Shown one piece after another: positions 6,098-14,982 of a DNA stretch of 31,280 bases (position 1 is its first letter; every line of letters starts with the position of its first letter). Position numbers and translations under genes: made by a program. Origin of the DNA: a virus (Duplodnaviria > Caudoviricetes); the IMG/VR virus record IMGVR_UViG_3300030376_004920, positions 1 through 31,280 of that record. One strand, 5' to 3'. The notes under the pieces are model-generated. The model was not told the DNA's origin. It worked only from the letters and a program-made list of their open reading frames with translations, and did not search any database.

Positions 6098-7851
6098 TAG
6101 ATAGCCCTCAATTCATCTATAGACTCTCCAATACAGACTTCATTTATAGTATGCGCACCTGATACTTCTACTTCATATACTTTGTGTACTCCAGTAGGTA
6201 GCCTTAGAATTGGTTCCATAATTGTTGTTGCACTAAAAGAGGTAGGTGCAGAACCTGTTGCACTAAACACGGACCCAGAGGCTGTAATTGTAGCGTCAAA
6301 TATTTCTGTACCATCACCAAATACTTTTACTGTAATACCAGAACCAGAATATGCTTCGGCTTCTACTTTTACAAAGTTCATACTAGTAGGTCTAGGTAAA
6401 ACAAATTCGGCTGTTTTAAATGTTTGCGTAGTATTTGTAGCGCTACCTTGAAAAAGTTCTACTTGAGCATTACCACCACCGGAATCATAGTCAATAAGGT
6501 ACAGTTCATTGTCATCAGGGTCAGTAAAACCACCTTGTGCATGACCTGTAGCTATTGAACTAATTGTGGTAAAAGCGTTTTTACCACCACGGGGGTCAAA
6601 CAGAAAAGCGCCATAGGCAGAGCCAGTGTAATATTGTCCTATATATTTACCTTGCCACAGAAAACCCTTAATTGTAGAGGGATAGAACTGTGCCTGCCAT
6701 TGTTTAGGTGTAACTATCCCTTGGGTTAATACTGCAATATCACTACCCGAAGCACCCACTAAACCATCAGGTGAAGCATAAATAGCTAAGTCCCCCATAT
6801 CTACAAGTGACTCTTTATTCAAACATGCTTGTGCTGCTTCCATACGTACCACACTCATAGATTGTGGGTCTGTACCAGCGGCTATATAAGGGGTACCTTT
6901 AGTAGCAATAAATAACACTTGTCCTGCCATAACCATACTAACAATCTCTTCTTCAAGTGTTATACGGTATGCTACCGGCCAAGCATGTGGTAAAAAAGGT
7001 TCTGAAAAACAAATTCTTTTACCACTAAACCCAGCAAAGATACCATTTGCCATAGCAGTCAAACCTAACATCTGTCCGTTAGGGTAAGTACTAGTGTCAT
7101 CGTCTGGTGGGGCAATCCAATAGGTAGAAGGTATTATCTCAGCCAAAGCATCATTGTTTAGATTATCAGTTGTACTTGCCGTAGCCAAAGTAACTTCTTT
7201 TACAAACTGAAAATTCGTGGTGTTAGAACCAGTGTTAGAACGGTAGATACGTTTATTAGCTAAGTTAGTATTACTTTTAGAAGTAGCAGTGTCCATGCCA
7301 GAGATAGTTACAGTCTGCCCATCTACTTTTGTTAATACCGTAGACGCCGGCGATGGTGGGCCCTCTTCACCAAATGCAGATACAAAAGTATATACATAAG
7401 ATGTACTGTATTGCGTTTGCGTACCATCATCACTACCAGAAGTTATACTTGTACTTGCAGCACTAGTTGGTGCAGGTATGCCTAGTCTGAAAAAACTTCT
7501 TGGGTAAGCACCGGAACCAGAAGCAAGTAGTTGTGTAGAACTACCCATTTGTGGAAACCCAGCTCCAGTCCAATACAAACGGTCAAAAGCATCATCTGCG
7601 ATTGGTCCCGGTTGTACATCTACAGCGTTAGTAAATTCTAAATTATAAGTTTGACCACCAAAATCATACCTATATAAACCAGCCCTAGCTGCTGCATTTA
7701 ATGTAGCTACTGTGCTATTGCTAGTGATTGGTGTCAATACACCACGATCTAGGTCTGTGTTGTTTGCAGTTTGCCCTAAACCTTCGCCTAATAATCTAGG
7801 AGAGACTTGCGGTGCAATACCATTAAAATTTCTTAGCTTAAAGTAAGCCAT
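6097..7851 (-). CDS. Podovirus tail nozzle / tail tubular protein B-like (584 aa)
   Basis: F.GIAP.VSPRLL N-terminus, YVYTFVS.FGEEGPPSP, FSEPF.PHAWP and YASPDGLV motifs. Beta-rich with appropriate size. Confidence 0.7.
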   Translation of the reverse strand: MAYFKLRNFNGIAPQVSPRLLGEGLGQTANNTDLDRGVLTPITSNSTVATLNAAARAGLYRYDFGGQTYNLEFTNAVDVQPGPIADDAFDRLYWTGAGFPQMGSSTQLLASGSGAYPRSFFRLGIPAPTSAASTSITSGSDDGTQTQYSTSYVYTFVSAFGEEGPPSPASTVLTKVDGQTVTISGMDTATSKSNTNLANKRIYRSNTGSNTTNFQFVKEVTLATASTTDNLNNDALAEIIPSTYWIAPPDDDTSTYPNGQMLGLTAMANGIFAGFSGKRICFSEPFLPHAWPVAYRITLEEEIVSMVMAGQVLFIATKGTPYIAAGTDPQSMSVVRMEAAQACLNKESLVDMGDLAIYASPDGLVGASGSDIAVLTQGIVTPKQWQAQFYPSTIKGFLWQGKYIGQYYTGSAYGAFLFDPRGGKNAFTTISSIATGHAQGGFTDPDDNELYLIDYDSGGGNAQVELFQGSATNTTQTFKTAEFVLPRPTSMNFVKVEAEAYSGSGITVKVFGDGTEIFDATITASGSVFSATGSAPTSFSATTIMEPILRLPTGVHKVYEVEVSGAHTINEVCIGESIDELRAI

Positions 7852-7854
7852 ATA

Positions 7855-8256
7855 TTAGTCATCCCCTCTAGCTACTTTCTTTTGTTTTTCAAAAGTCCTG
7901 AGTCCTGCCATTCCAAGCATCGCCATAAGTATGGTAGATAACTGAGTAAAATCAAACTCCGGCATATCTACTTTTACACCAGCTAGCGCAGCAATCCACT
8001 CACCTACAGGTAAGATAATAAAATGCACCATCATTGCAACTGAACAACCCCAACCTACAGATGGACGCCAACCAGCAACAAACCAGTTTTTACTGGCTGC
8101 TTCGATTTTATTTACTTCAATCTGTGAAAGATTAGCTGTTTGTAATTGTGTCTTGAGTTCATGCTCAAGTTTCATTTTTAGGTTTTTGTCTGCAACAAAC
8201 TTACCTAAGACTTTGTCAGCTATACCTATTACTGAACTTGTTATTGGATCCGCCAT
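7855..8256 (-). CDS. Holin (GTA-type 3TM holin family)
   Basis: EAAS..WFVAGWRP.VGW and MLGMAGLRTFEK signatures, hydrophobic helices, close to the endolysin gene. Confidence 0.8.
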   Translation of the reverse strand: MADPITSSVIGIADKVLGKFVADKNLKMKLEHELKTQLQTANLSQIEVNKIEAASKNWFVAGWRPSVGWGCSVAMMVHFIILPVGEWIAALAGVKVDMPEFDFTQLSTILMAMLGMAGLRTFEKQKKVARGDD

Positions 8257-8265
8257 AAATACCTC

Positions 8266-8544
8266 CTATGTGCGTAAAAAATATACTAATAATCCTATTC
8301 CTGCGGCTACAACAATCCACATAAATCTCTCTATGAATCGTCCTGTATTAGAATTGACATTGGATTGTGACTCTACATCATCTAGACGTTGTTCTATCTT
8401 ATCCATTCTAATAAAGAACCTATCGTTTTGCCTTAATACGGTAGCTACTCGTTCTTCAATACGAGCAATAGACACGACTGCATCTGCTAGTCGGTCTAGT
8501 TTTTCTTCTATTTTTTCTAGTCTTTGTTCGTGTTTCTCACTCAT
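8266..8544 (-). CDS. Coiled-coil protein with a C-terminal transmembrane helix (lysis-associated)
   Basis: Heptad-like RLEKIEEKLDRL...ARIEER and C-terminal FMWIVVAAGIGLLVYFL. Lies between endolysin and holin. Confidence 0.7.
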   Translation of the reverse strand: MSEKHEQRLEKIEEKLDRLADAVVSIARIEERVATVLRQNDRFFIRMDKIEQRLDDVESQSNVNSNTGRFIERFMWIVVAAGIGLLVYFLRT

Positions 8545-8908
8545 AACTCCAAACCCAAGGTCTTGGTCTGGTGTTAGTAGCTTCTAAAGTATCTAAATGT
8601 ATGAATCTAGAGTCGCCATGTTGTTTCACACCAAGCCCGGTTACACCGTGTTTTAACGCTACTTCTATACACTTTAAGGCGTCCGCGCCTCGTATAAGTA
8701 TATCTACAGCCTTGCCACTTGCGTGGGCTCCTGGTTGTGATTTTTTTGCTTCTATAGGATGCGTTGGATCCCTATAGGCACTTGTTATTATAAACGGAAT
8801 TCCTACTTCTTCACGTATTTTTTCAAGAGTTTCCATGAACTCTGGGTCCATTTTACAAATACCCGTGTGTTTGCATTTAAGTTCATCTTCACTAAAATAC
8901 TTCCACAT
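8537..8908 (-). CDS. Endolysin, peptidase M15 family
   Basis: YFS..EL.C, ITSAYR, H..G.A.DI and FIHLD zinc-ligand motifs. Confidence 0.9.
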   Translation of the reverse strand: MWKYFSEDELKCKHTGICKMDPEFMETLEKIREEVGIPFIITSAYRDPTHPIEAKKSQPGAHASGKAVDILIRGADALKCIEVALKHGVTGLGVKQHGDSRFIHLDTLEATNTRPRPWVWSYE

Positions 8909-9123
8909 TACGCTATTTCTTTAGTTTCTACCTTTTCTTCTTCTAAAGAACCTTTGAGTTGTTCTACTAATACTTGATTAGCAGCAGTTGCTACGTCTAT
9001 ATCTTTTTTAGCTTGAGAAATTTTTATTTGTTGCTCTTGAACTAAAGATATTAAGTATTTTTGTTCATCAGACATCTCGTCTATGTAGTAATCCTTACCA
9101 TCTAAACTAATTTTATCTGCCAT
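8908..9123 (-). CDS. Small coiled-coil protein associated with the tail fibre genes
   Basis: I.LDGK.Y....MSDEQK followed by a coiled coil. ATG 9123 with AGGT RBS preferred to GTG 9132. Confidence 0.7.
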   Translation of the reverse strand: MADKISLDGKDYYIDEMSDEQKYLISLVQEQQIKISQAKKDIDVATAANQVLVEQLKGSLEEEKVETKEIA

Positions 9124-9124
9124 A

Positions 9125-9481
9125 TTAGCCACCTATAGTTTTTGTTTGAACTACTGGATTTACTAACTCAGCTATAGTTGCATCAAGACTATCTTTTTTA
9201 GCTTGAACTTCTTCTTCGCCCATAGCTGCTTCAACCCAACCTTCTACATCACTTGCCGTTAAATCTGAAAAAGCTGTAAAGTCTGATAAGTCAGAAGTAT
9301 CTAAAGATTGCACACTGTATACTGTAGCAGTAGCAGTAACATCATTACCTTGCCAATCTTTAACAGTATTAGTATCATCAGTTCCAGTAAGTCTCCAGTG
9401 GACATTAAAGACAGTATCAGCTTTGCCGTCTATTTCTTTAACGTCTACAGTTTTGACATCCCATGTATAGTTAATTGCCAT
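9125..9481 (-). CDS. Tail-fibre-associated protein (MAINYTW... family)
   Basis: Strong RBS AAGGAGGTG before ATG 9481. YTW...VHWRL.G...F..F.DLT...V.GWV motif typical of genes following S74 fibres. Confidence 0.75.
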   Translation of the reverse strand: MAINYTWDVKTVDVKEIDGKADTVFNVHWRLTGTDDTNTVKDWQGNDVTATATVYSVQSLDTSDLSDFTAFSDLTASDVEGWVEAAMGEEEVQAKKDSLDATIAELVNPVVQTKTIGG

Positions 9482-9482
9482 T

Positions 9483-10376
9483 TTATTCACCTCCTTTAAG
9501 AGTGTTAATTTCAGATTGTAAGGCTTCAATCTGTTCTTGTTGTTCTTGGATTGCTTTTGTTAATACAGCAGTCAAAGCTGAATAGTTTAAAGTCATTCCA
9601 TTTTCTAAACCTTCTGGAGATTGAAGGGGTTCAGTAATAATTTCACTTATAACAGGTTTTACTTCTTGTGCAATAAAACCAATCGTACTCTCGTCATTTT
9701 CTTTCCATTTAAACTTTCTAGGTTGTAGTGCTTTAACAGTATCTAAGCCGTAAGATATATCTTCTATATCTTTTTTAAATTTTTGGTCAGAAACTGTCTG
9801 ACCCCCATTAGTTGTATTTATTTGAAATTTAAGAGTTCCCCCACAATAAAACTCCCATTGAGTTCCATTAACACCTATAAAACTTGTTGCACTTGTATTC
9901 GTCATGGCAGTATATAAATTAGGCCCGTTTCCTTGAAATTGAAATGAAGTTCCCCCTGATGCAGAGTCATTAACATGAAGAAGATAACCAGGACTTGTAG
10001 TACCAATTCCAACTCTACCAGAAGAATCAATTCTCATTCTTTCTGAATTACTTGTGCTAAAAACCATAAAACCATTAGTTTGACTTCCTGAGTCAGGGTC
10101 TACATATATTTCTCCGACTGCATTAGTACCATTAACAAAAGTTAGTTTTCCACCGTCAGCACCAGCAGAAGCTGTTGAACCAAGATTTAATACTCCTCTG
10201 TTAGCATTACCAATAATACTTACATAGGTTCTATTAGCATTTCCATCACTTCTAACATCTCCTGAAGTCGTTCCAATTCCAACATTCTCGCTACTGTCAA
10301 TAGTTATAGCTGTAGCATCAGAACTGTCAGAAACTCCTGTGTCTAATAAACCTCTTGATACTTTTGTGATTGCCAT
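9483..10376 (-). CDS. Short tail fibre 3 with a C-terminal peptidase S74 intramolecular chaperone
   Basis: VGIGTT repeats, ERMRIDSSG, and SDQKFKKDI...GFIAQEV...KAIQEQ. Confidence 0.85.
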   Translation of the reverse strand: MAITKVSRGLLDTGVSDSSDATAITIDSSENVGIGTTSGDVRSDGNANRTYVSIIGNANRGVLNLGSTASAGADGGKLTFVNGTNAVGEIYVDPDSGSQTNGFMVFSTSNSERMRIDSSGRVGIGTTSPGYLLHVNDSASGGTSFQFQGNGPNLYTAMTNTSATSFIGVNGTQWEFYCGGTLKFQINTTNGGQTVSDQKFKKDIEDISYGLDTVKALQPRKFKWKENDESTIGFIAQEVKPVISEIITEPLQSPEGLENGMTLNYSALTAVLTKAIQEQQEQIEALQSEINTLKGGE

Positions 10377-11407
10377 TATTCTATTTTACCTTCTAATTCT
10401 TCTATTTTTGCTGATAATTCTTGGATTGCTTTTACTGCCATCCACATAATTTGTTGCTCTTTAACTCCTAACCTTGCTTCATCTCCTTCTCCTTGCTCAG
10501 TCACAAGGGCTGGAAAATCTGTTTGAATATCTTGTGCAACTACACCTAAATTTGTAGGCTCATTAGCTTCTTGTTCTTTGTAGCGAAAAGTTTTTAATTG
10601 TAATTTTTTTAGATTGTCTAATTGTGCTGTTGCATTACTTATGTCTTTCTTCATTCTTTCATCAGAATAATTAAAGTCATTAGTAGTGTAATTACCAATA
10701 CCACCATTTGACATTATTACAGCTCGATTAACAGCCGAACTATTTAAACTATCTCTGCATTTTAAAAATTCTGAAGTTCCGTTATTTGGAGTGTGTCCAA
10801 AATCTATTCGCACACCTTGTGGTGGACTGCTATTAGGATTAGAACCATGAAAAAATCGGCCTGCAAATACAGTTCCTGTGGTTTCTTGAGCTTCTAATCT
10901 TGCAGAAGGACTTGAAGTATTTATACCAACATAACCAGTTAGGAACTCATAAGTCGAAGCTGCAAACTCCATTTTTACATTTGCATTTCTTGCATCATTA
11001 ATAGCTAGTAACCTTAAATCTCCGCTTGTTTCTTCTATTTCTAAATTATTATCAGTACCAACTTTAATATGAAGTTTTGAAGCTGGACTTGTAGTTCCAA
11101 TACCAACATTTCCATTAGCCAACATATTTACAGTGGCATTACCATTATTAGTGAAAAGTTGTAAAAATCCAGATGTTGAAGAATTACCAATGTAAGAATT
11201 TTGTCCTGCTTGTTCTAAATGCAAATCTGCATCTGAGTTTTTTATATTTAATACAGGAGAACTTGATTTAAAAACTGTTAATCTTCTATTTGGACTAGAA
11301 GTTCCAATTCCAACATTTTCACTACTATCTATAGTAATAGCAGTAGCATCGCCATTATCAACAATACTTGGCGTACTTGACAGTTCTATAGGTATTTTAG
11401 TTGTCAT
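10376..11407 (-). CDS. Short tail fibre 2 with a C-terminal peptidase S74 chaperone
   Basis: Three VGI(G/N)T.SP repeats and SDERMKKDI...GVVAQDI...KAIQEL. Confidence 0.85.
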   Translation of the reverse strand: MTTKIPIELSSTPSIVDNGDATAITIDSSENVGIGTSSPNRRLTVFKSSSPVLNIKNSDADLHLEQAGQNSYIGNSSTSGFLQLFTNNGNATVNMLANGNVGIGTTSPASKLHIKVGTDNNLEIEETSGDLRLLAINDARNANVKMEFAASTYEFLTGYVGINTSSPSARLEAQETTGTVFAGRFFHGSNPNSSPPQGVRIDFGHTPNNGTSEFLKCRDSLNSSAVNRAVIMSNGGIGNYTTNDFNYSDERMKKDISNATAQLDNLKKLQLKTFRYKEQEANEPTNLGVVAQDIQTDFPALVTEQGEGDEARLGVKEQQIMWMAVKAIQELSAKIEELEGKIE

Positions 11408-13242
11408 TCTTCTAAGACCTCTATTCTAGTTTTTAGATCATCTATTATAGTTTGTTGTTCTTGGATTGCTTTCATAAGAGCATACATCATATCTGTTGTA
11501 TAAACTGTTTTTAAAGGTACGCCATCTTCAGGAGTCTCACCAAACCCTTCATTATTAACTAATTCTGGTGCAATAGCTTCCACATCTTGAGCTATAACTC
11601 CTAAACTTCTTTCTTTATCTTCTGGTTCATCTTTATAGTTAAAATATTTAACAGGTATATCGCAAATTTTTTGAAGATAGTTGCCTGAAACTTCTATGTT
11701 ACTTTTTACTCTTTCATCTGAAAGATTAGAATTGTTTGCTGAATAATTAGCAATACCACCATTATTAAAAACATAAAATCTGTAACCATTAAAAGTTGAG
11801 TTAAGATTGTAATGAAAATAATTACCATGTGCTGAACTAGACGTGTTTAAGACAAATCCCATATATGGTGCGGTGCTACTGTCTGATCTTATTTTTACAC
11901 CAACATCAGCAGTTATTGAATTGTTGGTAGTTCCTATTAATAATGCACCAGAAGAATCGATTCTCATTCTTTCTGAAGAACCTGTAGCAAACCTTATATC
12001 ATCTGCTCTTATACCGAATGCACCTAATGCACTTCCAGCACTATTGATAGATTGAAAACCTGCAACATCTCCAATTTCACCAATATTACCTGCAAAGGTA
12101 ATTCTTTTATCTGTTTCAATTTCTAAATCTAAAGCAGATGTTGGCGTTACGTTAATACCAACTTTACCTGTAGCATCTATAACAATAGCTTTACTTGCAC
12201 CTACTGATGTACCTCTACCAAGCGTAAGGCTGTCAGCAGAATCATCTAAACCTATATAAAAATCTTGTGTGTTGCCATCAAAAATAATCTTAATATCTTC
12301 TGCATCGCCATCTCCTATTGTAAAAACTGGTCCAGAACCTTTTAGTGTCATAGCACTATTAGTTAATGTTAGTACCTCAGTACCAGCAATATCCATTCTA
12401 ATAGTATCTTCATCAGAACTTTCTTCTACTTGTACCTTAGTATCACCGTCTGCATCTTTAAGGATGGCTGCAGTATCTATGTTAGTTTGAGTAAGTAAAA
12501 TAGCTTCAACTTCTACCCCAGTCGGTGGTGCCGTGCTAAAAGTTAAAGTAGTACCTGAAACACTAAAAGTAGATTTATTCTGATAGACACCATCAAAAAA
12601 TACCTGCACGCTGTTTTCATTAACAGGTTCGATAGGTAAAGTTAAAGTAGTGTCACTGTTATCTCCAGTCATAGTAGCAATCGCTACATTAGTAGCACTA
12701 CGTAAACCTTTAATAGAATAAGCAGTAACAACCCTACCAGAAGCAGGAGCTGTTGCTAAAGTTAAAGTAGTACCAGATACTGTGTAAGTATTGTGAGCTT
12801 GAAAAACACCATCAATAAAAACTACTAAATCATTTTCATCAGTAACCGCTTGATTTAGAGTAAATGCGGTGGTTGAAGCATTAGCGGTAGTAAAGATATT
12901 AGTATAAACGGTGTTGTCACTTCGGATGTGATCGATCGTACCAGAAGTAAATCTTAACTCTGCTTTATCTCCCGAATCAAAAGCTGTTGCAGAAGTGCCT
13001 TCTTGAGCTCGAACTACAGTTAAATTTATATTGCCCGAAGCTCCCGAACAGGTGGTAACTTTTACTATTTCGATAGCAGGTGAATTACCATCCTCTTCTA
13101 GGGTTAATAGAAAAAAAGTTCCTGCTCCTGCTAAATCTGCTACGGGAAATACACTACCATCCGTAACCGGAATCGTAGTAGTAGAGTTGTTAACTGCACT
13201 TGATAGTGTAGTCTTGGCATTGTTCTTAAAAACAATTCCCAC
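11404..13242 (-). CDS. Tail fibre 1 (612 aa): anchor domain, two ~70-aa repeats, S74 chaperone
   Basis: GTG start with GGAGG RBS. F.NNA.TTL...EIVKVT...LTVVRAQEGT anchor, twice VF.DGV.Q...VSGTTLT..TAP, and SDERVKSNI...GVIAQDV. Confidence 0.85.
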   Translation of the reverse strand: MGIVFKNNAKTTLSSAVNNSTTTIPVTDGSVFPVADLAGAGTFFLLTLEEDGNSPAIEIVKVTTCSGASGNINLTVVRAQEGTSATAFDSGDKAELRFTSGTIDHIRSDNTVYTNIFTTANASTTAFTLNQAVTDENDLVVFIDGVFQAHNTYTVSGTTLTLATAPASGRVVTAYSIKGLRSATNVAIATMTGDNSDTTLTLPIEPVNENSVQVFFDGVYQNKSTFSVSGTTLTFSTAPPTGVEVEAILLTQTNIDTAAILKDADGDTKVQVEESSDEDTIRMDIAGTEVLTLTNSAMTLKGSGPVFTIGDGDAEDIKIIFDGNTQDFYIGLDDSADSLTLGRGTSVGASKAIVIDATGKVGINVTPTSALDLEIETDKRITFAGNIGEIGDVAGFQSINSAGSALGAFGIRADDIRFATGSSERMRIDSSGALLIGTTNNSITADVGVKIRSDSSTAPYMGFVLNTSSSAHGNYFHYNLNSTFNGYRFYVFNNGGIANYSANNSNLSDERVKSNIEVSGNYLQKICDIPVKYFNYKDEPEDKERSLGVIAQDVEAIAPELVNNEGFGETPEDGVPLKTVYTTDMMYALMKAIQEQQTIIDDLKTRIEVLEE

Positions 13243-13259
13243 AGCGAAACCTCCTTAGC

Positions 13260-13685
13260 TTAACTAACTGTCACTGTCCAAGTGACTGTCATACTGTCTG
13301 ATGCGCCTTTGTTTACAACTGAAAAAACTGTTCTACATAGTAAAGTACCACCAGAACTAGCATTTAAAATACCAGCTTCGGTCACAGCACCAGTACCAGT
13401 TCCTGCTGGAAAACTAGCTACGTAAGTAACTACAGCGTTAGAAACGGTTGTACTTGTAAGAGCTACTCTACCTAACTGTGAACCTAGAGCAGTATCACTC
13501 GCAGCAGCGGCAGTACTTCCAGATCCAATAGCCATGTGTGACATAGCAGTTGCACTAGCGTCTTTTATACGAGAAGCGACATAACCCTTACCAGCAGTCA
13601 CAACTAAGTTATCAACTTCTTGTACGATTTTACCATTAAGAGAAATAGCTAATTTACCCTTAAGTTTTAAACCATCATTTATCAT
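13260..13685 (-). CDS. Tail structural protein (tail collar-like)
   Basis: NLVVT.G...A.R....MA.G.G.TAA..DTAL...TEAG..NA..GG.L..R.VF..VNK...D...VTW pattern. Confidence 0.7.
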   Translation of the reverse strand: MINDGLKLKGKLAISLNGKIVQEVDNLVVTAGKGYVASRIKDASATAMSHMAIGSGSTAAAASDTALGSQLGRVALTSTTVSNAVVTYVASFPAGTGTGAVTEAGILNASSGGTLLCRTVFSVVNKGASDSMTVTWTVTVS

Positions 13686-13704
13686 GAATATTCCTCAATT
13701 AAAT

Positions 13705-14595
13705 TTAACTGTTCAATACATAAGTGTTTAATGGGCCAGTGTTAAGAACACTAGAAACACCTAAAATTAATGCCACCTGTATAGACTCGGATATTGTAGC
13801 ACTATCACTAGCCGTTGTGTCAAAACTTATCGCTAATGCTTCTGCTACAGTGAATGAGTCAGTTGGCCCTAAGTTAAGAATAAAATTTAAAGTCTCAGAA
13901 ACGTTCACAAGGTTGTTTTTATTCACTCCAGACTCTGTAGCTAGGTCATCACTTGCACTTGCAGTATCATCTAAAGCATAACCATCAGCAAACGCACGAA
14001 CAAAAGTTACTACATCTGAGTAACTCTCACTCATTGTTACAGTATCAGAAGGATTTGTACCAAAATCACTAACGTAATTTTCACCGATATTGGCCGAATC
14101 TGACAGGGGTTTACCGAAGTTTGTAGCATGAGTTTCACTAATTGTTGGAGTTTCAGCGAGTGCTTTACCTAAAAGATACCCTAAGGACTCTGTTATAGTG
14201 GGTGTTTCAGTAAAATCTCTAGAATAAGCAACTACTCTAGAAAAAACTTCACTTAATGTAGGAGAATCAGCTAAAGCTTTACTTGTATTTAGTATTGCTT
14301 CTTCGCTCATAGTCGTTGTATCAGCTACTGCTTTTCCTAAAGTATAAACCTTACTTTCACTTATAACTACAGTTAAAGCTTTATCCTCTTGGTATCCCGG
14401 AGCAAAGTATAAGTTTTTAGAGTCAGCGTCTAATAGGATATTAGCTGCCGATAAGTTAACAAAATCTAGACCATAGTTTAACTTAATGAAATTAGTCAGA
14501 GCTTTGATGTTAGCAAATACTGTAACCTGCTCTAACGAGTCAGTATCTACAACAGCGCGTAGCTCAGAATGAGATAATATTCCTCGTAATGCCAT
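13705..14595 (-). CDS. Virion protein with 18-20-aa tandem repeats
   Basis: Units GKAVADTTTMSE, SKALADSPTLSE, SRDFTETPTITE, GKALAETPTISE, GKPLSDSANIGE, GTNPSDTVTMSE. Confidence 0.7.
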   Translation of the reverse strand: MALRGILSHSELRAVVDTDSLEQVTVFANIKALTNFIKLNYGLDFVNLSAANILLDADSKNLYFAPGYQEDKALTVVISESKVYTLGKAVADTTTMSEEAILNTSKALADSPTLSEVFSRVVAYSRDFTETPTITESLGYLLGKALAETPTISETHATNFGKPLSDSANIGENYVSDFGTNPSDTVTMSESYSDVVTFVRAFADGYALDDTASASDDLATESGVNKNNLVNVSETLNFILNLGPTDSFTVAEALAISFDTTASDSATISESIQVALILGVSSVLNTGPLNTYVLNS

Positions 14596-14969
14596 TAATC
14601 AAAGTCATCACGCACTTGGAATTTTATTAAATCTTGTACTGTTTGCACACCGCCACCACTGGTTGTGTGTTCTATCTCACCTTCAAACGTACCAGCAGTT
14701 GTCCATGTAGAGTTAGGAAAAGCTACTGTAACCTGCCCGTTTGCAGCACTCGTAATCGTAGCTGTAATTGTACTTGCTACAGAAGTGGATCCTACTTCAC
14801 GTATTCTAAAACGTACGGTGCTACCAGTTAAGTTTACTGCTGCCCATGTTGTACTATCATCGGCATCTAGCGTTTTACCAGCAGCTGCGGTATTACTGTC
14901 TTTTAAAGTAAAGTTCAACTCAGGTAGAGTATCACCTACTACTAATTTTACTGTTGATGAATAAGCCAT
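14595..14969 (-). CDS. BppU-N-like Ig-fold tail adaptor
   Basis: GDTLP.L.F.L.D...NLTG.TV.F...G.V......G.F.GE.E.T...G..QT pattern. Confidence 0.65.
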   Translation of the reverse strand: MAYSSTVKLVVGDTLPELNFTLKDSNTAAAGKTLDADDSTTWAAVNLTGSTVRFRIREVGSTSVASTITATITSAANGQVTVAFPNSTWTTAGTFEGEIEHTTSGGGVQTVQDLIKFQVRDDFD

Positions 14970-14982
14970 AATTTACCTCATA

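Noticed and set aside
9482-9529. Upstream start of ORF 9125..9529
   Set aside because: It lies inside the fibre gene. A strong AAGGAGGTG RBS supports ATG 9481.
9483-13242. Diversity-generating retroelement or invertase shufflon acting on the fibres
   Set aside because: No reverse transcriptase or invertase in the window. Repeats are short, direct, and their mismatches are synonymous rather than the adenine-specific template/variable pattern.
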